From contig CM060731.1 of assembly GCA_030704615.1 (NCBI GenBank), positions 47,554,001 to 47,618,000 on the forward strand: a stretch of 64,000 bases of DNA, written 5' to 3'. Source of the DNA: Takakia lepidozioides. Taxonomy: Eukaryota > Plantae > Bryophyta. Below, piece by piece: positions 12,320 to 26,340 of the stretch (positions are counted from its first letter, which is position 1; each line of letters opens with the position of its first letter). Under the pieces are notes generated by a model. That model made no database searches and was not told the origin of the DNA. It saw nothing but the letters and a program-made list of their open reading frames with translations. A program made the translations under genes and the position numbers.

Positions 12320-12699
12320 GACCTGCTGGCACTCATCCCAGCCTCCATGCAAGACATGATAGTTGTGGATCCAAGTTCAGATGTGTAGTGTTTGAACATG
12401 CGGCTGTTTTTTTCTAGCAGTTGTAAAGTCAGGCCGCATTCTCACACCAATGTGTAGGTGCTGTAGCTATTCTGTAACTCAAAAATGATGTACAAGTTGT
12501 TTTGTCGGTAGAGAATCATTCATGTGGCACCCACTTTTCATTGAGGGTTTTCATATCACGCGCACATGTAATTGACGCTTCTCATCAGTTTCATACATGC
12601 ACCTTTATGCTGAAATGATCATTTTCTTCTCACTTGAACGTTGAAATACTTAATGAATCTTGGCCACGAATTTGCCCCCAAGGATTGTTTGTTTACATG

Positions 12700-15600
12700 C
12701 ATATGACCCTGTGTCTTTCCATGGCTCAACAAACCATGTACACCTGAAAGGGTGGATTCCAGCAGCAAAGGAAATGGAGAAGCCATGCAACCTTTGTCCC
12801 CTGTGTCTTTGAACTGAAATTGAAATGACTTATCTCTCGTGCCTTTCATGTATTGCACATGGTATTACATACTTCTTCTGTGGCCAGTGCACATGTATAG
12901 CAGATGGTCAAGGATTCTAATTCTGGTGCCAGTCCACACCCATCTCGAATAAGAACATTAGGTCATTGTAGGTTTCACCAACTGTCATGTTTATTACATA
13001 CCACAGTGACGTATGAATTTTCATATCAGCCTGCTACCCTCCACATTATGAAGAATTGTTTTTTGGCCACATACAGGGATAGCATGATGACCACAATATC
13101 AGGTGGGATTGATGCCAACACATACAGATGCGAGAGATTTAGCACATATCCAGCCTTCCAAATGTTGCTGCTGCTCATGACTCCCAAACATGATGACTTC
13201 CACTTTCGTTTTAAAGTCCTTGAAAAAGCAAGTATGAATGGAAAATAAATAAAATAAACTTACACAGGTAAATTAACATAAGGGGAAGTATTTGGACAAC
13301 ACCATGGTCTGCTATATGGCCAAGTAGTCTTCCGAATGATACGAAAGTGCTCTCATATGTAATACAGTGCATAAACCAGTCTGTCATGTATATAATTGAA
13401 GTACGGGAGCAGGTTTTCATTGCCAGGGTTTTGAAACCTGACATGTATTACATGTTATATTGGCGGGAAATCCCATTCGTTCGCTTCATGTAAAGAATCA
13501 TGCAAACAACGAACACAGTGCATTATGACAACAACACAATCTGCATGACAGTTACATTGTATGTGCCAAAGAAACATATGCATGTGCAACGAATGCAAAT
13601 GCATACCTGGACAATGATTTTTTCCCACGGGCTGCAACTACTTGATTATCGGTGGATGGAAGTTGACATAGCGGAGGATTGTCTGCGCTGGCAGGTGGAG
13701 TGGTATGGGTGGCAATGGGATTGGCAAAGGTAACAGAGCGAGAGTGTTTAGGTCCTTTGTGCACACTCCCATGCACATCGCCATCAAATCGTGCCGTGGC
13801 ATATGTGCTGTTCGGAGTACTCAGACCATCAAAAATCATCTTGCAACGACGAAGGGGGAAGGGCAAGGCCATAATGTGCCAATGCTGCATATCATACTAT
13901 TCAAGCAGTTCATCATGAGGGGTTCTGGACGACCCGACATTGGTTACTGCAGGCACAATTACACCCTCATCAGTGGGATCTCGGACAGAAATGGGGGGAG
14001 GACTCACAAAGTTATGTGATGAAGTGAAAGACCCCATAGGGGGAAGTGGTCCACCAAAGTCAGGGAATACCTGACTACAAGACAAGTCCATTTCAAGTTG
14101 AGTCAGGGGACCTGTTTCCGGAAAAAGAAGGTCGGCACAAACTTCATCAGATGGCACATTGTGTTCGGGGAGGTGGCTCAGAAGTCGTGATGCCTCATCA
14201 TCAGACCGGCACACAATCGCTTTCCCACCATTGGTTGTGGATGCAAGGTCATCAGTATTGCCCTCTGAGGGCATGCTTGCAGTCCTTGGACAGAGAGGAC
14301 CTGTTTCCGCCGCCTGCTGCACCTCATGTTCTTCATTTTCTAACTGAGGCATGGATTTGGTGGCAAGCTCAGCAGCATTGCACAGTGTTGTGATATTTGC
14401 ATTTGCGGGGATGGACCTATAAGGTGTGCGGTTGTTGCTGTGATGGGTGGTGTATGCGGTCGGTGGATGACAGCCCACTTGCCAACATCACCACCCGCTT
14501 TTGCAAAACGTGCTTCAGCCACCCCCTACCTGGCCGTGATGAGAGCATCTGCACTGTGTTCCAATTTTTTCAAAGCTTGCAACACCGGGGATTCACCATA
14601 GTCAAAGTTGCCTGCACACATCCAAACCAGATGTTGCACATGAGGCCGGGTTAAAGATGGATTCAGCACATGACAACATGGTGGACAATATTATTTGCTA
14701 ATTCAATGAAATCTTGCAGCATGGACATTCGAAAGCATTGTAATGACATACCTGGTGGGCAAGGAAGCCACCCCATGTCCAAGTCCTCGCGACACCTCAA
14801 CATTTCAGTAAATTCAAGGATGGCTTTATCAACCCCCATTTCTGGTTGTCCCCCTCCACACCACAAGACCTCAAAAGCTGTACGATTAACAATGGCAAGG
14901 TCACGGATACTCCTGCATCTGACTTGTTGCATAAAAGCCTGCAGCGACTGTATGGCGCGGTCTTGGTCATCTTTCTGTCTCTCCAGAAGGTCTGCCACAG
15001 AGTCCAACACCTCCCTTCAAGCCTGCTCGTATGGTTCCATGCAACCATATAGAAAGTATCCAATCTCAAGAAAATTATTGGCTACATTTGTAATGGCCAC
15101 GTGACCCTCGGGTGTGTCTAGAAGTTGGTGGAGGAGGTCGCGCAACACAGAGTTCCTTGGTGTGGACAGGGGAATTGTCTTCTGAACGTGACACATCCAA
15201 ATGAGACGCAACACTCACATGAACTGCGGTGTTTTCGGAGGTGGTGCTGTGTTTCGACTTCCTGCCAAAATGGCCATGAACATGTGGGCTTCCTCCCGCG
15301 AATGTGTGAACATATTATTTGAGAGCTCTGGGATGTCACCCGCCTTGATAATTTTGAAAAGTGGGGACCAGCCCCATTTACTCTCATGTATTTCGTCATT
15401 GACCTGTCTGTCCCATTTATGCAATCCAGCCTCCACAAACTGAGTTCTTGTACTCTCCAATGCAGCCTGAGCAGCAACCTCTTTCATGTCACAGTCCATG
15501 ATGGCAGCCCTGTACTTGTGGTATTTGACAACATCATTGCACTCAGCGTATTGAGCTGCATGGTCAGGAGTAAAACCAGGACGTATTGAAAAGCACGCCA

Positions 15601-16009
15601 ATGTCTTGCGAAGAAGTGCCTCCGGCTGCGGTGGTGCATCATGCTGCTACCACACCATGAAACATATTTGTACTGATATTAGAACAGACCCCTCCCATAA
15701 TGAAGGTCATGGATAGAAAAGCAATCCAAACAGGCACATTACAATGCATGAAAACAAAACCCATGCAAAACAATCTATTCAAATTCAAATGCATATAAGA
15801 CAATGGTGCTGCAGATCCTGAGTTGTAAATGACAATATTCTCACACCAATGTGCATGGTGAAGAGAACGCCACGGGCTTCAACTACATGCGTATACATGT
15901 GCCTCCAAGAGGAACAACCTTACAATATAGATGCTGGAATACAAATGCAGGAGAACATGACCATTCCACAGACTTAAATGCGTGCTCACAGATGGAAAAA
16001 CATGTATGA

Positions 16010-16054
<45 letters not shown>

Positions 16055-16897
16055 GGTCAGTGCAGGAGAGGATTAGAAGAGGTATTACCATGCGTCGGAC
16101 GAACCATTGACCATACGCTTTACCCATCATACTATTAGCAAATTCCACGCTCCCCACAAATGCAGCAAGACTTTCTAAAAAGCAGGGATTGTCAGGTGAA
16201 GGGAACCCATCAGGCAACAAATTGTAGTCCATGAGGTAGCTGAGACCTGGGCGTGCAACAGGTGCAGGTTTGGGAGGAACGACAATGTCAGATTCAGTAT
16301 CAGAGAAGTTGCCACAAAGGCTTGTTTGGCCTCTTCTCTAGTCGTGGATTGAAGCAAAGCAGACTTGATCAACTGATCCAGAGTTGGTGCCTCTGTATGT
16401 GTCCTCGTTGGTGGGTCTGGCAACATGATAGTTTCCTCGTCCATTGCCATGTCCCCCGCCTAAAGAGGTACATGGGAGTCCTTAGCTGGTAGCCGCAAAT
16501 GCCTCCTCCGCTTCATTTCTGGTTGAAATTCGTCTTCACCCCCACTGTCCTCCCGGCCCACCTTCGCCCGCGAGTTTTTGCGCGGTAGATGCCCATGGTC
16601 CTTCAGAACAGTCTCCATCAACGCCCTCTGACCGGCTTCAAACATAGGGTACATTTTTAGCTTAGCCCCACCCTTCCCAACAGCAACACACCCATTTATC
16701 CTGTGAACGTTTAATTTTTTTTTGTCTTTATACACCTGTTTACAGTAGATACATATGAACGGCTTCCTGTTATTATCCCCGGGTTCATCAAGCCTTGCCC
16801 TCGTGTGAGCCTTGCAAATCAGTGCTTCCCACTCATCAGTATCATATTCCTCATGGTATACCCGACGCGCTTCGAGCATGGTGGATTTTTTCACCAT
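12700..16897 (-). pseudogene. Degenerate multi-exon gene with an N-terminal zinc finger (CxxC-x12-H-x4-C) and a long unrecognised body
   Basis: 16460-16897 contains FICIYCKQVYKDKKKLNVHRINGC. ORFs 15215-15601, 15017-15214 and 14663-15010 share one frame broken only by single stops. ORFs 13897-14478 and 13552-13890 continue after a frameshift. The 3' boundary is approximate. Confidence 0.55.
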
Positions 16898-18299
16898 TTC
16901 GGAAGTACAGGTAGACAGCGTAGACCACTCCTGCCCTGAAGAAGCCGACGTTCATGTTAAGGCACAAACTGAGAGTGCGAATGGGTACTAACATGGGCCC
17001 TCACAACGAAGTATAAGCCATTTCCATTCTGGTCGCCACCATCTTGCATAACCGAAAGAAGCCATGCATTTGGCACACGAAGAATGCATTGGAGGGAAGA
17101 GCAAGACATTGGCAACACAATGCCAATGGGAACACAATGCGACGACGTAAAAAAAATCCACAAAACTCACATTAATCTCTGAACCCTAAAGACAGACTTA
17201 TGGAGGTCTTCTAGCTTCACCTGCAACACGAGAATGATATAGGCAGATCAACAGAAGCTCCCGAGCATGAGAAAAGCAGTCGCACAGCAAAGCAAATGAA
17301 AAGGAAGGCGTTTCGGTATACGTACACTTCCTTCCGAATCGTGTTGCACAAGATCCAAGCGCTACTTACATGAAAAAAGCGGGCGAAGGGTGTGTAACCA
17401 AAGCAAATGAGAAACATGAAACAAGAAACACTGACGCTGCTGAGAACCTCCTCCGAAATGCTTTCCTGCGGGGCACATCTTTCATTGAACTTGCCACAAC
17501 GTATGCACATGATGTTTCCAGAACACGCACTACGGCATCGATAGAGACGGTGGCACGGTTCAAGCGACGTGGTTGAGGAGAGACGTTCCCTCGCATACGA
17601 AGCGTCGCCTCAGCGTCTCTGTAAGCAGCTGACAATCACTTCCGCAAAGCACGATCACGTCCTAATCTGTATGCAATTATGAACAATGCATGTATGAGCA
17701 GACATGCATACATGTGGGACGACGCATGCATGTATGACAACCTTCACATATGGATGCATGCATGGCAATGACATCCCAAATGCCCACAGGGATGCCCATT
17801 GTGACATACTCGACCCCATATGTTTTCGGGCATTCGGCTTGTACATTAGGATGACGCCCTCAACCAAGATGTGCTTCAGCATCCCAGCCCCAAAAACAAT
17901 GTTGCTAACAACAGTCTATGGCCCTGTGGAAGAATGCTGGAGGGATTCCGAAATGTCTCGTGCATCCTATACACCCACCTTCAACTCTGAAGCGGTGGCG
18001 GCAGATGTGTATGCCTTAGCAAAGAAAGAATGACGAAAACGACGGCTGTAAAATGAAAATGTGGATGTGCATAATTCATGAGGCGATGGAAAACGTGATG
18101 TGAGTTCAACGCCCGTGCACCCTTCTTTATCGTAAATCTTATGGTATACCTTCAATCTTGTTTGAAACTGCAGTGTATGCTTACATTGTCCATGCAGCCA
18201 CTTGACATGCTCTGTGGGGTCTGTTCAGGATTTGTTGTGGTGCAGTGGTGAGCAAGACTATAGACGTCTGGTTCTTCCAAGATTCGTTGTCCCCTTAGA

Positions 18300-19338
18300 T
18301 CCCTCTTAGACTAGAAGATGCAGATGATCTGGTGGATGAAAGGGGCTAGACAAGTGACCGTGTGATGGACTTTTGGGTGTGTTGCAAAAAATTGTCCCTT
18401 CCACATAATGTGTACAGAAAAATTCGTGTGCTAGACATCTTTGCCTGGATGTGTCTTCGCACCCATTGCAAGAAATTTGGAAACGGAGTCAGCTCTATAC
18501 AGGCTTGGGTGGACACAAGGTTCCCTACCCTTGACTGTATTGGTGTCGAAGTGCTCGTTGTCCCTGTTACATTTAAGTGAGTTTTCTCCATTTAACCTGC
18601 CTCTGTTCCTATCACTTTCGTGCATATGGGTTCTATTTCATGCACATCCTGATGAAGACTAAGCTGAAGGTGTGAATGTTTTGTGTAGCAACCACTGGAG
18701 TGTTCTTATTTTGGAACACGAGCGCTATCTTCACTTCAATAGCATTAAAAGCCTGCATAAACACAAGATGTTGAAGCCTTTGTTTGCAAGAGTGTGGGCT
18801 GTACTGCGAGGATTATACCCTCCAAACCCAAAGTGGACAGAGGCCACACACCCAAAGCGGTGGGTGACCCCCCCTGTGCCCCAGCAAGTCTCCAACTGGG
18901 AGTGTGGCATGTTTACTGCTCATTACATTGATGTGTACTTGGAGGAAACATTTGTCAACCCAAAACCAGGTGGCGCAGGCCCGGTAAGCACACTCTTCCA
19001 ATACTATAATACGGATGCTTTGCTTGCTGAAGTGCTCATGGCCATTGCTTTCAACGTGCTTCCCCTACTATAGTTTTGCGGTGCAGTTTCTCAGTGTGAG
19101 AACTTGTTTGCAGCTGAACCTGCAATGGTTCCCCGTTGAGGCTGCTTTGAAAAAGAGAGGGAACATTCGCAATTTGGTTATGGCAGAATTGGAGGGTCGA
19201 GGAGGACATGGCCTCCCATACGCACGACCACCATATGTTAGACTTCCTAAAGACCTTGTGCAACCTGTTGTCCTTGCTACCCACCTTTTGCAGCCTAGGT
19301 CCAGAACTCGGTACAGTTGTCGCAACAAACTGAAATGA
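18300..19338 (+). pseudogene. Ulp1/SENP-like (peptidase C48) protease, degenerate; upstream exons probably start at ~17200
   Basis: Motifs SDRVMDFW...VLVVPV, then NHWSVLIL (His), LHFNS (Asp replaced by Asn) and VPQQVSNWECG (oxyanion Gln, catalytic Cys). There is an in-frame stop upstream. Confidence 0.85.
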
Positions 19339-19399
19339 AAAGTTTTGCCTTGTCACTGCAATGCTCAATTTCATTCTACACACTATCCTGGGTGACGAC

Positions 19400-20020
19400 C
19401 TCACAGGGGACGGAGACCGGACGGGGGAGGCAGGAAGCCCAATCGCGGCGACTGCGGGCCGCGGCGTTGCCGCCAAGGGGGGTTGGGGGGGAGGGGAGGG
19501 CCACGTAGCAGCCCCGCTGATGGCGCATTAAACTCCAAGGCCTCTTCTATTACTTGCCCTTTCCTTGCTTCAATCTGTAGGTCCCAGAAAACACGAGAGA
19601 ACACAATAGAGATGGAGCAAGAATTACCTAAAGAGACCATGCACATCTAGCCTTCCAAATATGCCAGAGCGTTGAGCTCCTAAGGCACTCGAAAACTGGG
19701 CAGATAAAAACTTTGTTTTTTGTGTTGATATCGTAGTTAAGAAGTAGGTTGATAACTGACAAGGTTTGGGCATTGCAATCTGCATAAAAGTTTTTAACAA
19801 CGGGCCAGATCCTGGTTGGCCGGGCTTGACAGAATAGGAGGCACTGTTCCAGTATAGTTTCCAGCAAACCAGAGGAGCAATAGGAGCATAGCATAGCATC
19901 CTGGAACTGTAGCCATTCTCCCACCTTAAGAGCTTTGTTTGCAATCTGCCATAGAAATGCTGAATTTTTTGCTGATTGGACCTGAATCCATTATGAAGTA
20001 GCCCTCAATTAATGTTCTTT
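19400..20020 (-). mobile_element. LINE (L1-like) 3' fragment, zf-RVT region
   Basis: FLWQIANKAL...CSYC..LETILEQCLLFC...FECLRSSTLWHIWKARC; homologous to 55900-56610. Confidence 0.8.
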
Positions 20021-22620
20021 CCAACGTGGGTGGTTAATTATCTCTCTCTCTAATAACTGGCCGTTACCCACCCGGTTTTATTGGCTCCTCCCTCAAGAGG
20101 AGACCGCGCATCACTCTCAAAATGGGAGAAGATCCTAATATACCTTCATTGGAAAATATGTTGATATTAATGAGCATAAAATAATTTGTATTGTTTTTTT
20201 TTTTGTTTTTCTGAAATATGTTTTTAACCAGTAACAATCATTGGTAAATGGCTGGAGACCGGTGAAAGCCGTTGAAAGCCGGTCGCTATTTTTTCTTCCC
20301 TGCTCTCTGTTCGCACTAGCCTGGCCTTCGTCGTCCTGCCCTTGGGATCTGGGTGTGGAGGAATTGGTGCGACTCATCCTCGCAGGGAGGAAATGGCACC
20401 ATGAGCATGTGCATGCTGTCAAGACCGCGTCCTCTTTGTCTTCCCATCCCCTGATTCTCAAGTCGGGTTGCGTAGCAGCTCGACTCTTAACGGAAGTCCT
20501 CGTATCCAAGAAGACGGAGTGGTCTCGAGCAAGGCCTAATGATGAAGAGAGAGTAGTGCTATATGTACAATTTGTGTGGGGAGCATGGCCTCTGGACTTC
20601 CTAAAGAAGGAATGGATGGAAAGTTTGGCAAAAAGGCTTGAGTGTTGCGAGGCCATCAACTTCTGCAATCTTTTGAATGTTTTCAATATTAGCTCCTTGG
20701 TATTTCCAGATTGCAAATCATGAGAGTTTCCAAGTGGAATTGTGATGGAGAAGCTGCGATTGCTGATCCATTCGATCGACATGTTACGCAAATTGTTACT
20801 CAGATTCAAGCTCAATGCAAAGTTGAGCCTCTCGATTGCAGTGAAATTCAGTGTCCGGATGAGAGAAGGAAATTATCGTGCGAAAGAAGGTCCTCTTCCA
20901 AAGAAACAACGATCGCTGACTCCTCAGCATGCTTATGCTATTTAGACTCCATGCTTACCATTTTTGGAGATACCTGCAACTGTTATGTATAACACAAACT
21001 CCTTCGTTGAAGTTGACGATAATTCTTTGCTTGCTTTTGAACTATCAAAGATATATTTTACGGAGGACTTTGACGTTGAGTCTGCTGATCAAGATGTGTT
21101 TCCTCTATGTGAGAACGAAGACGAAAATGATCCTGACATTGAAATTGAACAATTATCGCCATGAGGACGACTCATTGAGATGTCGGTTTCGTGATGTCGA
21201 CAAAGATGAAATGGCAAATGTACTTGGTGGAAGTCAACGCCGGTCGAAGCACGCTGAAATATGGGCCCACAACGCCTTTAACTGTTGGCGTAAATTTTCG
21301 GGGCTATGAGCCAAATTAAGTATTGAAGACTTGTCGGAAGATGACTATGTAAAGGGATTTGTGGACATGATAACGCTGTTTATCCTTTAGGTTTGCAAGC
21401 GAGACGGGTCCCTATATGGCCCGCCTGGAAGTATTCAGGCTATGCAGGTTCGAATAAAAAATCCTCTGTTTAGAGCGAGACAAGAAATGCGTGTTACAGA
21501 GACCGGTGTCGCTCTGGCTTCAAAATTCAACATTACACAAAAATCAAGGTAGCCGGCGTTTAAGCGGTACTTTAAACGATCGTCGTAAGGCTCAAGGTCT
21601 TCGGAGAGTCATCAAAAAGTCAGACATACTCACTCGTGTTGAAAAGATCCTAATGCTCTGTCAACCTACTACGAGTCCTTCATTAGTCAACTATCGCTCC
21701 GGATATTATTGCACTCGTAATTTCTTTATAAGAGTAGGCATTGAGCTTCGTAACGTGGACGAGGAGGAGTTCGAGGTCGTCGATACTAGGTTGGGACGAG
21801 TCCTCAGGTGAGTGATTGTTATTTTCATGTGTGAATTGTTTTTAATTAATGATAGACTATATGGTTCTAATAGTAGTTGATATTGTTGTACAAATACTGC
21901 CAAGGAGTGTCTAAGAATTATAATTAGATGTCAATCATTGTGGAGCGGATTTTCATAGAAACTGTCAACTGTCCCGATCAGGAGGTTATAGATGTGTTTC
22001 TGATATTGAAGAAGCATCGTCGAGGGTGACTAGCTACCGAACCAGGACCTCACATTCTTTTCCTCACTCGACGTTAAGAAATTCAAGCTCTCAGATGAGG
22101 TCTAGTTCACTAAGACTCCAGTTGGCAGGAAGATGCTGAGGTCTTTCACCCATCGAATGACGAGAGAGATTCCCCAATTTGCTGATAAAATCTTCTATAA
22201 CACTAGGAGGGGTACGGGTATTACGCGTATGGAGGAGGCATTAGTGCCGGTCGAATACGGGAGGACTCAAACTGGTTGTTGTGCCAAAGCATATGCAAAG
22301 TGAGTATCATTCACACTGTGTTTATAATTTGAATCTGACTTGGTTTCTTACATTTTTAGATGTCTCATGTGACAACTATTTAATGTTTCATATTTGACCT
22401 ATTTGTCCATATAATCAGGTAGATACGGTGCTTGTGGATCAAGCTTGTCAGCGGATAGTTTCTGGAGAATCGATGAATGGAAAGCCCATGTCATTTGAGC
22501 AAGCTCTTTGTGATGGAAAAAACTAAACATCGTAAGGTCTTGGAGTCGGAGTATGGATCTCGTACTATTGGAGAGTCGTCAGATTCTAATCTTCTCCCTA
22601 GTAGTGATCTTCCAGATCGC

Positions 22621-25600
22621 TGGCGGATCGGTGACAGAGTTCATCAAGCAACTCAAAGAGATTATCAACCAACTAGCCAACATAGGAGAACCTGTCCGTG
22701 AAGAGGACCTGATTGATCAGATTCTGAATTCTCTACGTGAGAGCTTGGAATCACTGGCATGCACCTTGATCTACCGACCTGAACTTCCAACGCTCAATGA
22801 ATTGATTGGTATTCTTCTATTGGACGAAGCCAAGCGAGAAATTCGGGAGGCTCGTGGAAAAAAAACTGACCCTGAGGCTTTGCTGATCAAGTCTAAATAT
22901 AAAAGCCAGCCCACCGACAATAAATATCGGAAGGGGGCCACTGTCAAGCGTGAGGGGAGATGCAACTTCTGCGGTAAACCTGATCATTGGATGCGCAATT
23001 GCGCTGAATTGTCAAATGAGATCAAGCGTCGTGCTGCAGAACGTCTCAAAAATTCTGTCAACATCATTGAAGACAGTAGCGATGAGGAGATCGATAATTT
23101 TCAGGAGTGCAATGATGCTCCCACTAACAATCTAGCTGCAGATATCCTCGAGCTCAACGTAGCTCAGTACCGCGATGCATCTGATTGGTATGTGGATAGT
23201 GGGACCACTAAGCATGTCTCGGGCAATGACAGTCTTCTATCCAATATCAAAAAGGGAGAAGGAAAATCCAAGGTCAAAACTGCTGGAGGCCTGTACTACC
23301 AAGTAGCCGGGAAAGACAATATTGTGATTCCTGTCAAGAATGATGCAATAAAGGAATAAGTTTTGTATGTCCCGGGTGTATGCAAGAATTTGCTATCTGT
23401 TGGTACCTTGACTGACAAAGGATTTAGACTTCTCTTTGACGACAAGAATGTTTTCTTGCTGAATGCTGGCCTTGAGGTACTTGGTATACGAATTCGTGAT
23501 CTATCGAATGGCCTTTACAAACTATCAGTGTTGAATGAATCATCCGCAGGCACAGTGGAAAGTAGCACGGACCTCACACGGATCTGGCATCACCGGTTGG
23601 GCCACTTGAATTGCAGGAGTCTGAATTTCTTATCACAGAAAGGTCTTGCCGTCAATCTTCCTCAACATCTATCCATGAGCCATGATGTCTGTCATGCATG
23701 TGCGTTTGGAAAGCAAAGTCGGGAGAAGCTCCAAAGAAGAGTCTTCACAGAAGTTCATCGCATCTTGATATGATCCACACTGATCTGTGGACCATTGTCC
23801 ACACCCTCTCTCTCTGGAGCTTTGTATGTTCTTACATTTACAGACGACTATAGTCGGTACTGTTGGGTCTTCTTCCTTCGGAAGAAAAGTGACACCTTCA
23901 TCTTGTTCAAGCAATTTAAGTCCAGAGTTGAGAAACAGTTTGGACGTACTATCAAAGTGTTGCGATCAGACAAAGGTGGGGAGTACTACTCGACTGCATT
24001 CTCAAATTTTTGTGCAGATCATGGCATAACACGACAGTTCACCCAATCTAACACCCCGCATCAAAATGGGATTGCAGAGAGGAAGAACCGAACTCTGATA
24101 GAGCGAGCCAGGAGCTTGGCCTTCGGGGCCCATCTTCCAACACGTCTTTGGGCAGAGACTGTCAGCACAGCAAATTACCTTGTCAATATGTCTCCTACCA
24201 GGGCGAACAATGGCATCATACCACACCAAAAATAATTTGGAGCCCCGCCTGATGTCAAACACTTGCGAGTGTTCGGCTATGTATGCTTTGTCCACATCAA
24301 CTCTCACCGGACCAAATGGTCACCAAAATCCATTTGGTGGGGGGCAGATCTTCAAGAGTCCATGTCTCGTTCTTGTGAATTGAGGCCATTTCCTCTTCCA
24401 TGGCGTCGACCCATCCTGGGTGTCGAGATGCTTCGGCATAGGTGGTGGGTTCTAGGACAGCTTCAGACAAACCCACCACGAAATCATGGAATCGTCTTGG
24501 AGGGTGAATGGCTCGGCCAGTGCGCGTATATACACATTCCTGTATTGGTGGAACTGCCTCTAGTTGCCTATGCATACTGGAGGTCGAGGCAGAACTACCC
24601 TCTAAGTCTGCACTTGACTGACCTGTAGATGATGACATAGAAGGCAAGGATTCATGAAGAGTATCTGAGTTTGGGTTATGCAATCCTTTGAACAAGTTGT
24701 CATCAGTACCTTCAGGTGGTTCTTGGACTGATGCAGGCTCCAAAAAATCAGGAGACTCTTGTTGTGGGAGCTCCCGCCGTGGTCCGTCCGGCTGGCTATC
24801 GGCTGGCCATGAGAAATGAATGTTGTGATCTTCAAGTGGTTGTCTATCAACAGCAGCTAGGACATAGTGCATGTGATCCTCATCAAAAACAACATCCTTA
24901 GAGATGATTATTTTGCTCATCCCTGGACAAAAGCATCTATAGCCCTTGGTGCTAGTGTCATAACCCAAAAGTACACACCTCATGGACACACGCTGATGGA
25001 ACCACTGCCAAATTGAAGGCGCATTTGGTGGCTTGTGGTTTCCAACAACGAGCAGGGGAGGATTTTGATGAGACCTACGCGCCGGTGGCCAAATACAACG
25101 CCTTGCGAGTTGTTATAGCACTAGCAAGTCAGAATGGTTGGCCTATATTTTACTTAGATGTCAAAATTGCCTTCTTAAACGGTGAATTGACAGAGGAAGT
25201 GTTTATCCAGCAACCTGAAGGCTTCGAGGCTAAGGGGAAAGAGAGCAAGGTTTGCAAGTTACGTAAGGCCTTGTATGGTCTTCGTCAGGCACCTTGTGCC
25301 TGGTACACCAAAATAGACAATTACCTTCAAGAACAAGGATTGAAGCGCACGAACTCGGATGGAAACTTATATTACTTCAGAGAAGGAGACAAAATTGTCC
25401 TACTCATGCTGTATGTAGATGATGTTTCTCTTACTGGTAACCATGACAACAAGCTGCAATGGATACGATCAGAGATCAAGAAACGCTTTGAGATGATAGA
25501 CATGGGTCTAATCAAGCACTCTCTTGGGCTTGAGTATTTCTTTCAACCTGAAGGGATCATTGTGACTCAAAGGGGCTATGCGGCCCAAATGCTGGAAGAA

Positions 25601-26340
25601 TTTGGATAAAGGCAATGCAACGCAGCAGTCACGCCCATGCTCCCCGGGCTCAAACTCAAGATTGACATGGGAGCACCAGCGGTGGACACCCAACTCTATC
25701 AACGAATGGTTGGGAAGTTAAACTTTCTTACTCAAACACGGCCGGACATCTCTTTTGCCGTGAACATGGTGAGCAGATTCTCCAACCAGCCTCAAACCCC
25801 ACACATGGACGCCATCAAACATCTATTTAGATATATCAAAGGTACTGTGGATTTGGGGATTTGTTACCAGCGAGGAGAGGCAAGCATCCTCACTGGATAC
25901 TCAGATGCAGACTGGGCCGACGACCTCAATGATCGGAAGTCCACCACAAGATATCTGTTCAGACTAGGTTCAAGTCCCATCTCTTGGGAAAGCAGGAAAC
26001 AACCATGCACGGCTCTGTCTTCGACAGAAGTTGAGTACATGGCTATGACTAGTGGTGCTAAGGAGGCGGTGTGGTTAAGAAGGCTTCTTTCACAACTACA
26101 ATTCCTTGATGAGAAAGAACCCACGGAGATGATGTGTGACAATCAAAGTGCAATCAAGCTGTCAGAAAATCCAGTCTTTCACAACAGAACGAAGCACATA
26201 GAAATCCGTCACCATTTTATTAGGGAAAAAGTCACAGGAGGAGAGTTGAAAATCAATCACGGTTCCATCCAAAGATCAACTGGCGGACATTCTTACTAAG
26301 CCAATGGGTCGGACCCTCTTCGAAGAGCTTCGAGATGAAC
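22621..26340 (+). pseudogene. Copia gag-pol, fragmented
   Basis: ORFs 22553-23359, 23363-23773, 23795-24235, 25013-25609 and 25637-26299 on plus, and 24297-24989 on minus. Several stops and frameshifts. Confidence 0.93.
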
